From the IMG/VR virus record IMGVR_UViG_3300045256_000753, positions 37,638 to 101,637 of that record: 64,000 nt of DNA, one strand, 5' to 3'. The notes below the pieces were generated by a model. It worked only from the letters and a program-made list of their open reading frames with translations. It made no database searches and had not been told where the DNA came from. Numbering within the stretch: position 1 is the first letter of the stretch; each line of letters begins with the position of its first letter. Source of the DNA: a virus. Below, piece after piece: positions 29,654 to 39,967 of this stretch. The translations under genes and the position numbers were made by a program.

Positions 29654-31111
29654 TTACACCCGTGCCCTATGGACGTGAGGTCGTGGGAAGCTAGCGAGGT
29701 ATTCGGGGTGGATGCGAACGAGACGATTTTTGGTGTCCTCCCACGGAAGAACAGCCAAGTCCGATGGGGCTCCTCGGTGGTCTTGAGCCGCAACGTATGC
29801 TGCGAAGTTATCCCAGACAATGCGGGGGATTGGGATTGTTCCGTTCTCGTACCCCCGGATTACGGAGAGGGGTGTATCGAACAGGAGCGCCAGATCCTCC
29901 GGGTCCAATTGCACAGCTTGCCGTAGGAAGACCCATGTTTCCGGCGTAATCTGGCCCCAAGAGATCACGATGCTGGCAGCACGGAGCCTGGCGAGTTTCT
30001 TGTTCGTGTCTGCGAAGTACGTCTGCCCGCGTCGAGTTTTGACTCCGGGGATCAAGGCAACGAAGGTCGTGCCCGTATTCTCCATGGGGATGAAAAAGTC
30101 GAAGAAGCCCTTCGTTCCACGCGGCAGATCGTTAACGGTTGCGTAGAGTCGTGGCGCGGGCGTTTCGGCGATGTCGATCGCATCGCTTACGCGTATGTTG
30201 TAGGTGAAGCTTCCGCTGATCGCAACGTCGTCTGTGACCGAGACGGCATCCGAGATGAAGTAATTCCCGGAAAAGCTCTCAACACGAACGACGTCGGTGA
30301 CCCCCAGCGTGTCCGTGTTCCGACGAATGAAGTCCACCTGACGAGAACCGTCGTCGGTGGCGTTCATACTGTCTGTCAGGGCCCGACTATTGTCCGTGGA
30401 TGTCCGGAGTGCGTCCGTCGCGGAAAGGGCGTCTGTCGATGTGCGGTTGAACGTAGTGCTTCGGCTGACACTATCGAGGATCGTTGCGGTGTTCGCATCG
30501 GTCCTGGAGAAATGGGCCGTTCGCTGTGTCGAGTCCGTGACGGTGGCAGTATCTTGCTGCGGTCGGTTGAATTCCCTACCTGCGACGGCGCTGTCGGTGA
30601 CCGTCGCTGAATCAGTTGCACTTCGAGCGTACACTGCCGAAGTAAGAGTGTTGTCCGAAACGTCGAGATCTTCAGTGACCGAGATCTCGATACGCCCAGC
30701 AATTTGAATTGTGAGCGAATCCGTAATCGTGGCGCTGTCCGTTACCTTCTTGGCGTACTGCGCCGATAGGGCGAGGGCATCGGTAACAGACGGGCTGTCC
30801 GAAAGCTTCCGGTTGTACCCCAACGATGTCTTTGGGGTGTCGCTGACCGAAAAGCTGTCCGATGTGCTTCGGTTGAATTGCGAAGAGATCTTGGTGGTGT
30901 CCGTGAACGACGCGCTGTCCGTCGCCGCCCGGCTGTTTTGTGCGGCGATCTTGGTCGAATCCGTAACGGCTACGCTGTCCGATGCGAGCCGGTTGGCTTG
31001 CAATGATCGGGTCGTAGTGTCCGTAACAGAGACCGAATCGCTCAGAGAAACGCTATACGCTATCCCGAGCGCGAGATCTTGATTGAATAGGATCCAGACG
31101 CCACCGGGCAT
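29654..31111 (-). CDS. 20-aa Ser/Thr/Asp repeat protein fused to an MqsA-like HTH-XRE domain
   Basis: Roughly 14 repeats of R..(S/T)DS..VTD; C-terminal FLRQAVQLDPEDLALLFDTPLSVIRGYENG is HTH-XRE-like. Confidence 0.7.
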   Translation of the reverse strand: MPGGVWILFNQDLALGIAYSVSLSDSVSVTDTTTRSLQANRLASDSVAVTDSTKIAAQNSRAATDSASFTDTTKISSQFNRSTSDSFSVSDTPKTSLGYNRKLSDSPSVTDALALSAQYAKKVTDSATITDSLTIQIAGRIEISVTEDLDVSDNTLTSAVYARSATDSATVTDSAVAGREFNRPQQDTATVTDSTQRTAHFSRTDANTATILDSVSRSTTFNRTSTDALSATDALRTSTDNSRALTDSMNATDDGSRQVDFIRRNTDTLGVTDVVRVESFSGNYFISDAVSVTDDVAISGSFTYNIRVSDAIDIAETPAPRLYATVNDLPRGTKGFFDFFIPMENTGTTFVALIPGVKTRRGQTYFADTNKKLARLRAASIVISWGQITPETWVFLRQAVQLDPEDLALLFDTPLSVIRGYENGTIPIPRIVWDNFAAYVAAQDHRGAPSDLAVLPWEDTKNRLVRIHPEYLASFPRPHVHRARV

Positions 31112-31193
31112 GGTCTAGCCTAACCTTCGACCTGTAGGCCGTCGAAGTTTCCCGGATGAGTTGTGGCGATCTTGGGCACGACTTCCTATCCCC

Positions 31194-33566
31194 TCATTCG
31201 AAGTCATCAAACCAAATGAAGAAGCGCGTGGAATTGTGGGTCGTGATCTGAGATACGAAGTCCGAAGGCGTTGAGATGCTTTCGGAAATCGTACGCGACC
31301 CAATGTACCGGCGAACAACAGCATCGTTGATGCTGATGGCTTCACTAATCGTGCGGCTGCCAGAGAATGCACGAGTGATCGCATCAGAAATGCTGACCGA
31401 TTCCGAGATCGTTCGGCTCTGCACGAGAGCCCGAGCGATCGAATCGCTGGGTTGGGTGATGCTCTCACTGACAACCCGTGCTCCTGCGAACGCACGAGCT
31501 ACGGAGTCTGAAGGCGTCGTGATGCTCTCAGAGATCGAACGCGCCGAGACCACATGCCGCGCAATGGCGTCGGTGGGGGTCGTAACGCTCTCCGAGATGT
31601 TTCGGAATCCCGTGAACTGTCTGGAGATCGCGTCGCTGATCGAGATGGATTCGGCGAGCGCACGAGAGCCCGCGAAGGCTCGTGAGATTGCGTCGCTGAT
31701 AGAGACGCTCTCGGAAATGGTGCGCGCATTGACCGCTCGACGGGTGACCGCATCGCTAACGGAAACGGACTCTGCGATTGTTCGGGCACCAGCAAAGGCT
31801 CTCGCGACCGAATCGCTGACGGACACGGATTCGGAGACCGTCCGGGCGCCCGCAAAGGCTCGCGCAATTGCGTCTGAGGGTTGAGTGATGCTGTCGGAGA
31901 TTGTCCGAAGGAGCTGGGCCGTCCGGGCAATTGCATCGGAGGGCTGGGTAATGGATTCAGAAACGGTCCTCGCTCCAGCGAAGGCACGGGCAACTGCATC
32001 CGAGATGCTGACGGTTTCGCTTAGCGCACGTGACCCGGCAAAGGCACGCGTAAGGGCATCGGAGGGTTGCGTGATCGATTCAGCAACCGAACGGAAATCG
32101 GCGACCGCACGAGCAACGACATCACTCGGTTGTGTGATGGAGTCGGAGATGCTTCGAGAGCCGGCAAAGGCACGGGTGATGGCGTCCGAGATGCTGATGC
32201 TCTCGCTAATTGCTCGTATTGCTGCATACACACGAGCAACGGAATCGGTCGGTTGGGTGATCGAGTCGGAGATCGTTCGGTTCGCGGCAACGACCCGAAC
32301 GAGCGTATCACTAGGCTGCGTGATGGAGTCGGAGATGGCGCGAGAGGCAGCGATTGTTCGAGCAACGGCGTCCGAGACGCTGACGCTTTCACTGAGTGCA
32401 CGAGAGCCAGCAAAGGCACGCGTAAGGGCATCGGAGGGTTGCGTGATCGAGTCGGAGATCGTTCGGTTCGCGGCATCGACCCGAGCGATGGCATCACTCG
32501 GCTGCGTGATGGAGTCAGAGATCGTTCGACGCCCGACGAATTGCCGGGAGATAGCATCCGAGATCGATATCGATTCGGAAATGGCGCGTGCTCCGACGAA
32601 GACACGAGACACGCCTGTGACAGCAGAGGGGACGACAGCGAGGAGGGTCGTCGCCCAGTCGTCGTTGCCCGTGGAGGTCGCTTGGTAATTGCCGGTCGCG
32701 CCTTGGGAGGCGTTGGCGATCTTGCCGAGATTCCAGATCGTTCCGAATGACGCGAAGGTATTGTCTTGGCCAGGCCCCATGAAAGTAAACGATGGGAAGT
32801 CCGACGAGATCGTGGCGTTGTTGTCTCCCAGCCAGAACAAGAAAAGCCACTCGTTGGCCTTCGTGGTCGTGAGGCCGTTCGCTGTCAATGTGCTGGAGAA
32901 GCCGCTGTTTGTCGTTGGTGCTCCGGCGCCTGAGTCGATTGGACTGACCGAATCAGCCCCACGCAAACAAACACACGCGATACCAACTCCAAAAGTGCTC
33001 GTCGGAGATGTGCTGAATGTGTAGTTCGCAGCCGGGGAGCCGGAGAGCTGAAGGATGTAGACTGCCGAAGAGATCGCGTCATCGCCCCCGCTCGGGTGAT
33101 CGATGCGTGTACCGGAAACAAGTGTCGCGCCAGTTGGGGGCGTGACGGTCGCACCAGTTTGGTCATACCAGGCGACGAAGAAGACGAGAAGATCGCCGGA
33201 CTGAGCGCCCGCAGGAGTGCTTACGACACCTGGGTTTGTCGCCGTCGCAGCCGAAGTCGTCATCGACCCGACTTGCGTGATGGTCGAAGAGCCGCTGCCA
33301 TCCGTAGGAGTCGTAATCGACTCCGTGATGGTGCGCGCATAGTGAGCGATCCTCGTGATGGCATCGCTGATGGAAATCGATTCGCTGATGGTCCGTGCAC
33401 CAACGAACCGACGTGCGATGGCATCCGAGATCGAGATCGACTCGGTAATCGTTCGGGCGCCGACAAATACTCGTGAGCTTACCGAATCGGACGGAGTGGT
33501 GATGGACTCCGGGATCGATCTTGTGTAAGACTGCGCGCCACCTAGAAGAGCGAGTAGGAGCGACAT
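31194..33566 (-). CDS. 20/21-aa repeat fibre protein with an inserted globular beta domain (790 aa)
   Basis: About 26 repeats of RTISESISISDAITRAFAGS / RTISDSITQPSDAIARxxxxx; ~220-aa insert (GAQSGDLLVFFV...YTFS). Confidence 0.8.
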   Translation of the reverse strand: MSLLLALLGGAQSYTRSIPESITTPSDSVSSRVFVGARTITESISISDAIARRFVGARTISESISISDAITRIAHYARTITESITTPTDGSGSSTITQVGSMTTSAATATNPGVVSTPAGAQSGDLLVFFVAWYDQTGATVTPPTGATLVSGTRIDHPSGGDDAISSAVYILQLSGSPAANYTFSTSPTSTFGVGIACVCLRGADSVSPIDSGAGAPTTNSGFSSTLTANGLTTTKANEWLFLFWLGDNNATISSDFPSFTFMGPGQDNTFASFGTIWNLGKIANASQGATGNYQATSTGNDDWATTLLAVVPSAVTGVSRVFVGARAISESISISDAISRQFVGRRTISDSITQPSDAIARVDAANRTISDSITQPSDALTRAFAGSRALSESVSVSDAVARTIAASRAISDSITQPSDTLVRVVAANRTISDSITQPTDSVARVYAAIRAISESISISDAITRAFAGSRSISDSITQPSDVVARAVADFRSVAESITQPSDALTRAFAGSRALSETVSISDAVARAFAGARTVSESITQPSDAIARTAQLLRTISDSITQPSDAIARAFAGARTVSESVSVSDSVARAFAGARTIAESVSVSDAVTRRAVNARTISESVSISDAISRAFAGSRALAESISISDAISRQFTGFRNISESVTTPTDAIARHVVSARSISESITTPSDSVARAFAGARVVSESITQPSDSIARALVQSRTISESVSISDAITRAFSGSRTISEAISINDAVVRRYIGSRTISESISTPSDFVSQITTHNSTRFFIWFDDFE

Positions 33567-33579
33567 GCTCCCTCACTCC

Positions 33580-35049
33580 CTAAATCCAGTAGCCGTCGAA
33601 CGTGACCAGGAAGGTGATGACGCCAGAGGTAGTCACCGTTCCGACGTTCTTGGCACAGATCGCAATGAATTCACCCGGGTTGACTGGGATCGGCGAGTTG
33701 AAAGCCATGTATTGGCCGCTGGCCGAACCAATCGTACCAACGGCGGCGGCAGCGGCGAAAAGCTCCATGCCGATTGGGATGCGGCGTGGTGCCTTTGCTG
33801 TGTTGGTAACGAAGCTTCCGGATTCGGCCGTCGCCATCGAGACAGCCGTGTGGCCGTATGCGAGAGAGTAGAAGTATTGAACGGGACCACCAACGAGGAC
33901 GGTGGTCACCATGCTTTGAATGCGGACGCCCGTGCACATGAATGTGCGAGGTGTCTGCGTAGCGCTGCCTGCCGGGTTCTGGTAGCTGCAAACGATCCCG
34001 TCCGTGTTCGCCGCCAACGTCGGCAACGTCGCAAATTGACCCCCAAGACCGGTACCCAGGGCGGCGGTGGTATTGGTCATCGCTGCACCCGCGCCAGGAG
34101 CAAGCGAGTTCGTGTAGAGAGCAAGCGAACCCATGGTGCCGCCCGAAAGACCTTGACCAGCTCCTTTCTGGAGGGCCATCTGGTGCGAGTAGGGTGCAGC
34201 GAGCTGGAGGGACCGCTGGATTACGCTACAGTCGCTCCATTTGAGCTGCATCTGCGGCGAACCAGAAACCGTGTTGGAGTTGCGGTACTGAACCGCAATG
34301 GGCAACGCCGTGGTCGCAAACGGCTCGCTCTGCGCTGCCGGAGTTGCGAGCGTCCCGTACAGCACGGGACCGGTACCCATGTCGATCCAGAACTCCGTGC
34401 TTCCTTCACCAACGATGATGATGAAGGCGGATACAGTGTTGGGCGTGATCGTGGCCAGCAGGACGCTAGTAGTGGTTTCCACGCCGTTGTAATTGATGAC
34501 GCCGATCAAACCGGCCGACGAATAACGGTAGTAGATACCATCCGTGGGTGCTGCAACGGGCGAAGTAGCAGGCAAGAACAGTCCCGCCTCCCAGACCTCG
34601 TTTGTCAATGCGGCAGCAGTGATTTGAAGCGACATCGACACACGAAGCGACGCGCCGCCGAGGAGCTGAAAGTAGCGCCAGGAGGAGAGTGCACAGCCCG
34701 TTGCCGTCGTGGCCGTCGAGTTCGCGTTGAACAAGACCGAACCGCTCGATTGAGTACACGTCATCGTGGTGAAGACGTGCTTCCAGACACCCGTGTCCTG
34801 CGCGGTGGCGTTGAACGTGTAGTCGAAAATCGGCGTGTCGAGGCCGACTGCCAGGCGTCGCTGGGAGGTGATCCAGGGACTACGACGCAGAGAGGAGCCC
34901 GTGATGGTCCCAGGATCTTGCTCAATGAGCGCTAGCGCGTAGCCGGCCTGCGCCGCCGTTGTGGGCAGATTCGCCTTGAGGTTGTTGTTTGCATCAACCT
35001 CTGCGACGTTCCCGCTAGTATTTCCTTCAATGCGGATGCCCGACATCAC
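33580..35049 (-). CDS. Putative fibre/receptor-binding protein with lectin-like core (489 aa)
   Basis: Beta-rich; WEAGLF...DGIYYRY...EFWID pattern resembling concanavalin-like phage domains. Confidence 0.55.
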   Translation of the reverse strand: MMSGIRIEGNTSGNVAEVDANNNLKANLPTTAAQAGYALALIEQDPGTITGSSLRRSPWITSQRRLAVGLDTPIFDYTFNATAQDTGVWKHVFTTMTCTQSSGSVLFNANSTATTATGCALSSWRYFQLLGGASLRVSMSLQITAAALTNEVWEAGLFLPATSPVAAPTDGIYYRYSSAGLIGVINYNGVETTTSVLLATITPNTVSAFIIIVGEGSTEFWIDMGTGPVLYGTLATPAAQSEPFATTALPIAVQYRNSNTVSGSPQMQLKWSDCSVIQRSLQLAAPYSHQMALQKGAGQGLSGGTMGSLALYTNSLAPGAGAAMTNTTAALGTGLGGQFATLPTLAANTDGIVCSYQNPAGSATQTPRTFMCTGVRIQSMVTTVLVGGPVQYFYSLAYGHTAVSMATAESGSFVTNTAKAPRRIPIGMELFAAAAAVGTIGSASGQYMAFNSPIPVNPGEFIAICAKNVGTVTTSGVITFLVTFDGYWI

Positions 35050-35056
35050 TAACCTC

Positions 35057-35347
35057 TCAGTTCCAAACCCAACGAACTTGGAATGTGCTCGTCAACCGCC
35101 ACGAACTCTCCGCAAAAATAGTGAAACCCGTACCAGCAACAACGCTTCCGCACGTCAGCTTGATCGGCACGAGCTTGTGCTCTTCTGCATTGTGACCGGT
35201 AGCTCCGGACACGGTGGAATCTGCCATCATGAAAGCCTCGGCAAATGAGCCCGATAGAATGCCCGTTTGTCCGGTCACCACCACGCTCGTGACGTTGGTT
35301 CCCGGAGCGGCACCGAAATCGATGGTGGCAGTTCCTGTTGCTCCCAT
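35057..35347 (-). CDS. Small fibre-associated protein (96 aa)
   Basis: GTATIDFG...AGTGFTIFA...FQVRWVW beta pattern; tight packing with neighbours. Confidence 0.6.
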   Translation of the reverse strand: MGATGTATIDFGAAPGTNVTSVVVTGQTGILSGSFAEAFMMADSTVSGATGHNAEEHKLVPIKLTCGSVVAGTGFTIFAESSWRLTSTFQVRWVWN

Positions 35348-35351
35348 GGCT

Positions 35352-36185
35352 TCAGATGGTGATCGTGACGGTGTTTTGGAGCGTGTCGCCGCTCACGAGA
35401 GTGGGCGGGCTGGGCTCGGCAGATTCGAACGGCATTACGCCGCCGCCCGTGGTGTTGCATGCACCGAAGACGGCCTCGTTGTTGATCGTCTGGGTACCCG
35501 TGGCGGTCCAGAGGTGAACGAGCGAGTACGTCGAGGCTGCCGCCGTGTGGGAGTACGTACCGACTGCACGTGTGAACCCGTTCGTCGTGAGTTCGCCAGC
35601 CAAGGTCGTATCGGACGTTGCGGGCGTGAACACGTTCGACGTGACCGCGAGCCACGATGCCGGGTTTTGCCCCGGAAGGATCACGTACGCGCCGGTCGAG
35701 TTTGGGGTGGATCCAGCGGCGCCCGTGGTGGACGTCGGATCGTACCACTGATCGACCGTGAGCACGGTCGCCGTGTTCGACACGATGACGCCGTAAACCG
35801 TGGCTCCGGTTCCGGAGGAGTTACGGGACGCGACAACGATCGATCCCGCCAACCCCTGACCCGCCGTGGGGAATGCTGCACCGGAGTTGGTGAGCGAGGT
35901 TGCCGAGGTTGCCGTGGCGTTGCCCGTGATGGTCGCGAACGCCATCGAGGGGCCTTGTCCCATCGCCTTTGCGAGCCAGTCGAACGCGTTCGTGTAACCG
36001 GTCGCGGTCGTGGTCGTGAGATTGTGGCGCCAGGTCTTGCGACGCTTCTTGCCGTTCTTGGGGAAGAGGGTCGTCAGCCAGCACGAGTACATGTCGGACG
36101 GTTTGGCTTTGCGCGATGCCGCTCGGCTCGCCTGAGCCACCGTACGAGTTCGTTTCTGGGCCTCTTGACGAAGATGCGCTTTCAT
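35352..36185 (-). CDS. Tail-collar/fibre subunit-like protein with basic N-terminus
   Basis: WLAVT...PATSDTTLAGEL...INNEAVF...TLVSGDTLQNTVTI; related to 40174-40668. Confidence 0.6.
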   Translation of the reverse strand: MKAHLRQEAQKRTRTVAQASRAASRKAKPSDMYSCWLTTLFPKNGKKRRKTWRHNLTTTTATGYTNAFDWLAKAMGQGPSMAFATITGNATATSATSLTNSGAAFPTAGQGLAGSIVVASRNSSGTGATVYGVIVSNTATVLTVDQWYDPTSTTGAAGSTPNSTGAYVILPGQNPASWLAVTSNVFTPATSDTTLAGELTTNGFTRAVGTYSHTAAASTYSLVHLWTATGTQTINNEAVFGACNTTGGGVMPFESAEPSPPTLVSGDTLQNTVTITI

Positions 36186-36685
36186 TTCGACTTCCCCTTC
36201 ACCTTGAAGTGCGTGTGGAGATGATCGATGTGATCCTTGTCCGTGGCGGGCTCCATGTAGGCCTCCACGTGGGCATCGACATCTTCTGCCGCGATGTTTT
36301 CGGCGGCAACGTGTGGTGCAAGTGCTGCACGGAAGAGAGCCTCGTCGGGCCCGTCATCGTGAACATCGACCTTGGAGACCCACGAACGATGGGCGTGATG
36401 GGGCATCACGTGCTCCGAGAGGTAGAACGCAATTGCCTGTTTCCGGGTCAATTCGCGCCCGCCTTCCGGACGAGTCTTGTCGTGAATGATCTTGGCGATC
36501 ACCTGCGACTCGGGGATTTGGATCTCGGTGTGCGTGTCCATCTCTTTAGTCACACGCATGAGCCAGCCACCCCCACGACCGGCAGGTTTGACCTTTCCGG
36601 AGGCGATGTCGGTCTGAGTCACAACGACATCCTCGGGGACCGGATCCCAATCGTAAAATTTCGAGTGATGTACAACGATCCGCAT
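36182..36685 (-). CDS. Hypothetical protein (167 aa)
   Basis: Clean ORF overlapping the next start. Confidence 0.6.
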   Translation of the reverse strand: MRIVVHHSKFYDWDPVPEDVVVTQTDIASGKVKPAGRGGGWLMRVTKEMDTHTEIQIPESQVIAKIIHDKTRPEGGRELTRKQAIAFYLSEHVMPHHAHRSWVSKVDVHDDGPDEALFRAALAPHVAAENIAAEDVDAHVEAYMEPATDKDHIDHLHTHFKVKGKSK

Positions 36686-36710
36686 AACAGCCTCTTTCTA
36701 GCGAGTGTGA

Positions 36711-37379
36711 CTAGACCTCTTCATATTCAATCGTGGCATTAACAGTTTCTGAACCGCTCAAGTTCAGGGAGAGCGCCTCGTTGACGGCGCCTTGGATGTA
36801 TCGCCGGCCTGCACCAATGTTCCGCCCAAAGAGCGACCCCGCGCTGAGGCTCAACTTGAAAATGAGCGCGCCGGATCCGAACTTCAGTGCCGCTGTAACA
36901 GCCGCCGAATTCGAGGCGTCGGCGTTGAGGGCGAGATAGTGCAACCGAATGCTTTTGCCCGATGCAGGGGCAACCAATTGGGTATCCCCAGACGTGCTCG
37001 CAGTCACGGACAGCACGTTGTAGGTATCGAGCGGCAGAGAATCTCGGCAGACCAACCCAATGCTGACATCCCCAAAAGAGGCGCCCGCACCGGTCACTGT
37101 CCAGGACACCAAGAGTGCCGAGCTGGTAACATCGGTTAGTTTCACCGATCCCGAGCCCGCACTGGTGATCAACGACGTGGAGGCTGACCGTCCCGTCGTG
37201 GTGGGCAGATCATTGGGATCGAGTTCGGAGATGGTGATTTGGAGCTGCGGCGACGTGCCGGATACGGTCCCATCGACACGCCAGAAGAGGACCGTTTCGC
37301 GGCTCAATCCGCCATCGCACACTTGCGAGCCGGAGGCCGTGACAGTTGTCGAACGGAGGACTTGAATTAGGTTGCCCAT
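36711..37379 (-). CDS. Two-domain beta-sandwich virion protein (222 aa)
   Basis: Start reassigned to MGNLIQ just past the upstream stop; LVAPASGKSIRLHYL motif. Confidence 0.6.
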   Translation of the reverse strand: MGNLIQVLRSTTVTASGSQVCDGGLSRETVLFWRVDGTVSGTSPQLQITISELDPNDLPTTTGRSASTSLITSAGSGSVKLTDVTSSALLVSWTVTGAGASFGDVSIGLVCRDSLPLDTYNVLSVTASTSGDTQLVAPASGKSIRLHYLALNADASNSAAVTAALKFGSGALIFKLSLSAGSLFGRNIGAGRRYIQGAVNEALSLNLSGSETVNATIEYEEV

Positions 37380-37380
37380 C

Positions 37381-39519
37381 TCACAGCTCCTCCTGCCAAT
37401 TGATGGCCCCAAACATCGTAAGAGCGCCGTTCGCAGGAACGGGTTGGATCGCAAGAACTGCGTATGTCGAGGTCCCGTCGATCAATGATCCGAGGCGAAC
37501 TGAGCTTGCCAATTCGGCGTTGACGGCTGCCGACTTGTTTGTGGTCGCATACTCGCTGTAGACTTGGGTAGCCCCAGCATTGACAGTCAAGAGATTCGAG
37601 GCGGCCGGAAGCGCCACCTCCACGGCTGAATTGGAGACTGGCGAGAATGAGAGGGCAGCCCCTGCGAAGGTGAAATCAGTCGGGCGCCCGATGTAAACCG
37701 CCAGGCGGAAGGAGGCGGCCGTCGTCGTGCTGATCACCGATGCACTCTCCAAGGTGATGTCGGCCATCTGCTTCGTCGATTGCAGGCGCAACACCAGGAG
37801 CGGATAGATGTTCGTGTCGTTTCCTGTTGTAATGCTGGTGGCTCCTCGGTCGGCCGAGACCGTGATGCCGGTCGCGTTCTGCCCTCCCTCGGTGATGACG
37901 GTCGTGCACACGTGGACGATGGAGCCCGCCGCACCGGTCCCGGAGTTCGAGATCTCGTAACGTAGCGGAAGGTTCGGATTCGAGATGTAGACCGAGGTCA
38001 CCACGTTCGCGTGGTTCGACTGGTGCGCCACAATGATTTTTCCGCCGATGATGAAGCCGAAGCGCACACGACCGGTGCCAAGCCACTGGTAATCGATGAA
38101 GAAGATCTGCTGCTTTGTGATGTCGAGCGTGAGTCCGCTTGCACCAGTGCCATCGAGTTTATCGACGTTCCAGTTTGCCTGCGTCGTAACGGTATCGACG
38201 CCGCCCTTTCGTTCGACAAACGAAACGGTCGTTCCGGACACCTGCCAGAAGAGTCCGTTGTTCCCATCGAACTGGCCCATCCGGCGAGTGTTTCCCGCCT
38301 GACCCCCTTCGGGCGCCAGCGTTCCCGTCATAACGATCAACTGAGATTTGCCGGGTTCGTAATTGAACCTACGAATCGTCTGGCGAACGCGTGTCCCTGC
38401 TGTCGTGTTCGAGACCGCGAGCGTCGAAGATGCGTTCGCATTGCTGTACGTCGAGGACGTTCCGGACCCGGACGTTTGAGCATCGTCCCAGTAGAAGGAC
38501 TGTGCGTCGATGAGCTGTTTGGAATCGAAGAGCGTTTGGGGGTTGGAGACTCGAAGTCGGCCGGACGCGTCCAGATTGGCGGAATCTGAGTAGCTGACGG
38601 CACCGGAGATCGTGCCCGAAACTGCGACCGTACCCGAGACAGGAATGGCCGATTGATCGTTGGCAATGACGACGGGTGCGGAACCCGCCATGGCCTTCTG
38701 GCCAAGCGTTCCAAGACGAGCAGTAATCGTTGCGTCAGCGGCTCTTGTTGCCAGCGTCGCTTCTGTCGCCGCTCCCGTGGGCAACGCACTTGCTTTGACT
38801 GCAACATCCAGTGCCTGGTGATCGGCATCGATCGACGTGCTGGTAACGTCGGCGGCCGTCGTAGCCCCTTTGGCACCACCGCGTGCAATCGATTTCTGAG
38901 TCCCATCCGTCTGATGGGTTGCGAGGTTGTCCAGATCCGTCTTCGCTGCGGAGAGGGTTGCGTCTTTCGCGAGCCCCGTCTCGACAGCGGGGATCATATT
39001 CGAGACTGCCACCGTCCCGCTCACGGGCTGGATGACACCAGACCCTTCCACCTTGATGGCGTCGTCGTTGCCGAAGGCGACGGGATGGAAACTGCCGTCT
39101 GGTTTTTGGGCATGAAGGATCGACTTCACGACCTCAGTCGGTTCGTTGCTGTCGATCGGTTGAGAAAGAAAGCGCGACAGACGCGTAGACGTCTGTCGGT
39201 GAAACATCGTCGTGAGACGGAACGCCGTTTGGGCTGTGCCGCCATTCACGTACCGCACACGGAAGTACGGAAGGATGGCGCGAAGAATCGTCGGGACGAG
39301 TGTTGGACCCGTAAGCACCAACGGAACCGAAACGTCCCAGTTGGTACCGTCCGGGCTGAACTCGAAGTAGAGCGTTCCAGGGGCGTTGCTAGGAGAGCCT
39401 GCAACGTTGATGTCGATCTCTTGGAACGACAACATCGTGTCGGCCGCGCCCGTGAACATCTCATTGGCGCCAAGCGCGTTGGTCGTCGTATTGTTTTTGC
39501 TGACGAAGAGCTGCGTCAT
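37381..39519 (-). CDS. Fibre/spike protein with lectin-like C-terminal domain (712 aa)
   Basis: DASGRLRVSNPQTLFDSK...YEPGKSQL...IDYQWLGTGRVRFG is a widespread phage virion domain; QPVSGTVAV stalk motifs. Confidence 0.7.
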   Translation of the reverse strand: MTQLFVSKNNTTTNALGANEMFTGAADTMLSFQEIDINVAGSPSNAPGTLYFEFSPDGTNWDVSVPLVLTGPTLVPTILRAILPYFRVRYVNGGTAQTAFRLTTMFHRQTSTRLSRFLSQPIDSNEPTEVVKSILHAQKPDGSFHPVAFGNDDAIKVEGSGVIQPVSGTVAVSNMIPAVETGLAKDATLSAAKTDLDNLATHQTDGTQKSIARGGAKGATTAADVTSTSIDADHQALDVAVKASALPTGAATEATLATRAADATITARLGTLGQKAMAGSAPVVIANDQSAIPVSGTVAVSGTISGAVSYSDSANLDASGRLRVSNPQTLFDSKQLIDAQSFYWDDAQTSGSGTSSTYSNANASSTLAVSNTTAGTRVRQTIRRFNYEPGKSQLIVMTGTLAPEGGQAGNTRRMGQFDGNNGLFWQVSGTTVSFVERKGGVDTVTTQANWNVDKLDGTGASGLTLDITKQQIFFIDYQWLGTGRVRFGFIIGGKIIVAHQSNHANVVTSVYISNPNLPLRYEISNSGTGAAGSIVHVCTTVITEGGQNATGITVSADRGATSITTGNDTNIYPLLVLRLQSTKQMADITLESASVISTTTAASFRLAVYIGRPTDFTFAGAALSFSPVSNSAVEVALPAASNLLTVNAGATQVYSEYATTNKSAAVNAELASSVRLGSLIDGTSTYAVLAIQPVPANGALTMFGAINWQEEL

Positions 39520-39959
39520 GTCAACTCCGTCACGCGAAGACTGCCAGTTGCGGTTTCCCAGATCGCGCGCACCTCACCGGAGAAGTGAAAGGGAAGCTGC
39601 CATCCCGTGTGCGCTGCAACGATGACGGTGCAGTCTGCCAACGTGACCGCGACGGTTCCCAATCCGATGTGGACTGCGGAATCGGAATCGTTGTAAAAGA
39701 AGGCTCCGCGCCTTCCCGCATTCGCAGCCAAAACGAGCGTGTCTGAGATCGCTGCGGCGATGCTGGTCCGTGCTGCCGTAGACGCATAGTCCGTGATCGT
39801 CGGGAACGGATTTGTTGCCGTGACCGGACCGCCGTTTGTGCCGTGCGGACCCGTGTAGATCTTGCTGACGGGAAGTTTGACTCCGCCGCCGACATCCTCG
39901 GTCGCGATGACATCGCCGCCGGCTACCGTTGTGGCATTGAGTGTTGTGTTATCGGCCAC
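39516..39959 (-). CDS. Small beta-sandwich virion protein (147 aa)
   Basis: LAANAGRRGAFFYNDS...GEVRAIW...LRVTEL pattern. Confidence 0.6.
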   Translation of the reverse strand: MADNTTLNATTVAGGDVIATEDVGGGVKLPVSKIYTGPHGTNGGPVTATNPFPTITDYASTAARTSIAAAISDTLVLAANAGRRGAFFYNDSDSAVHIGLGTVAVTLADCTVIVAAHTGWQLPFHFSGEVRAIWETATGSLRVTELT

Positions 39960-39967
39960 GACTCACC

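Noticed and set aside
31194-32620. 60/63-bp periodic DNA repeats resembling a CRISPR array or DGR template
   Set aside because: Repeats are degenerate, in frame and vary at synonymous sites; there are no unique spacers and no cas or reverse transcriptase gene.
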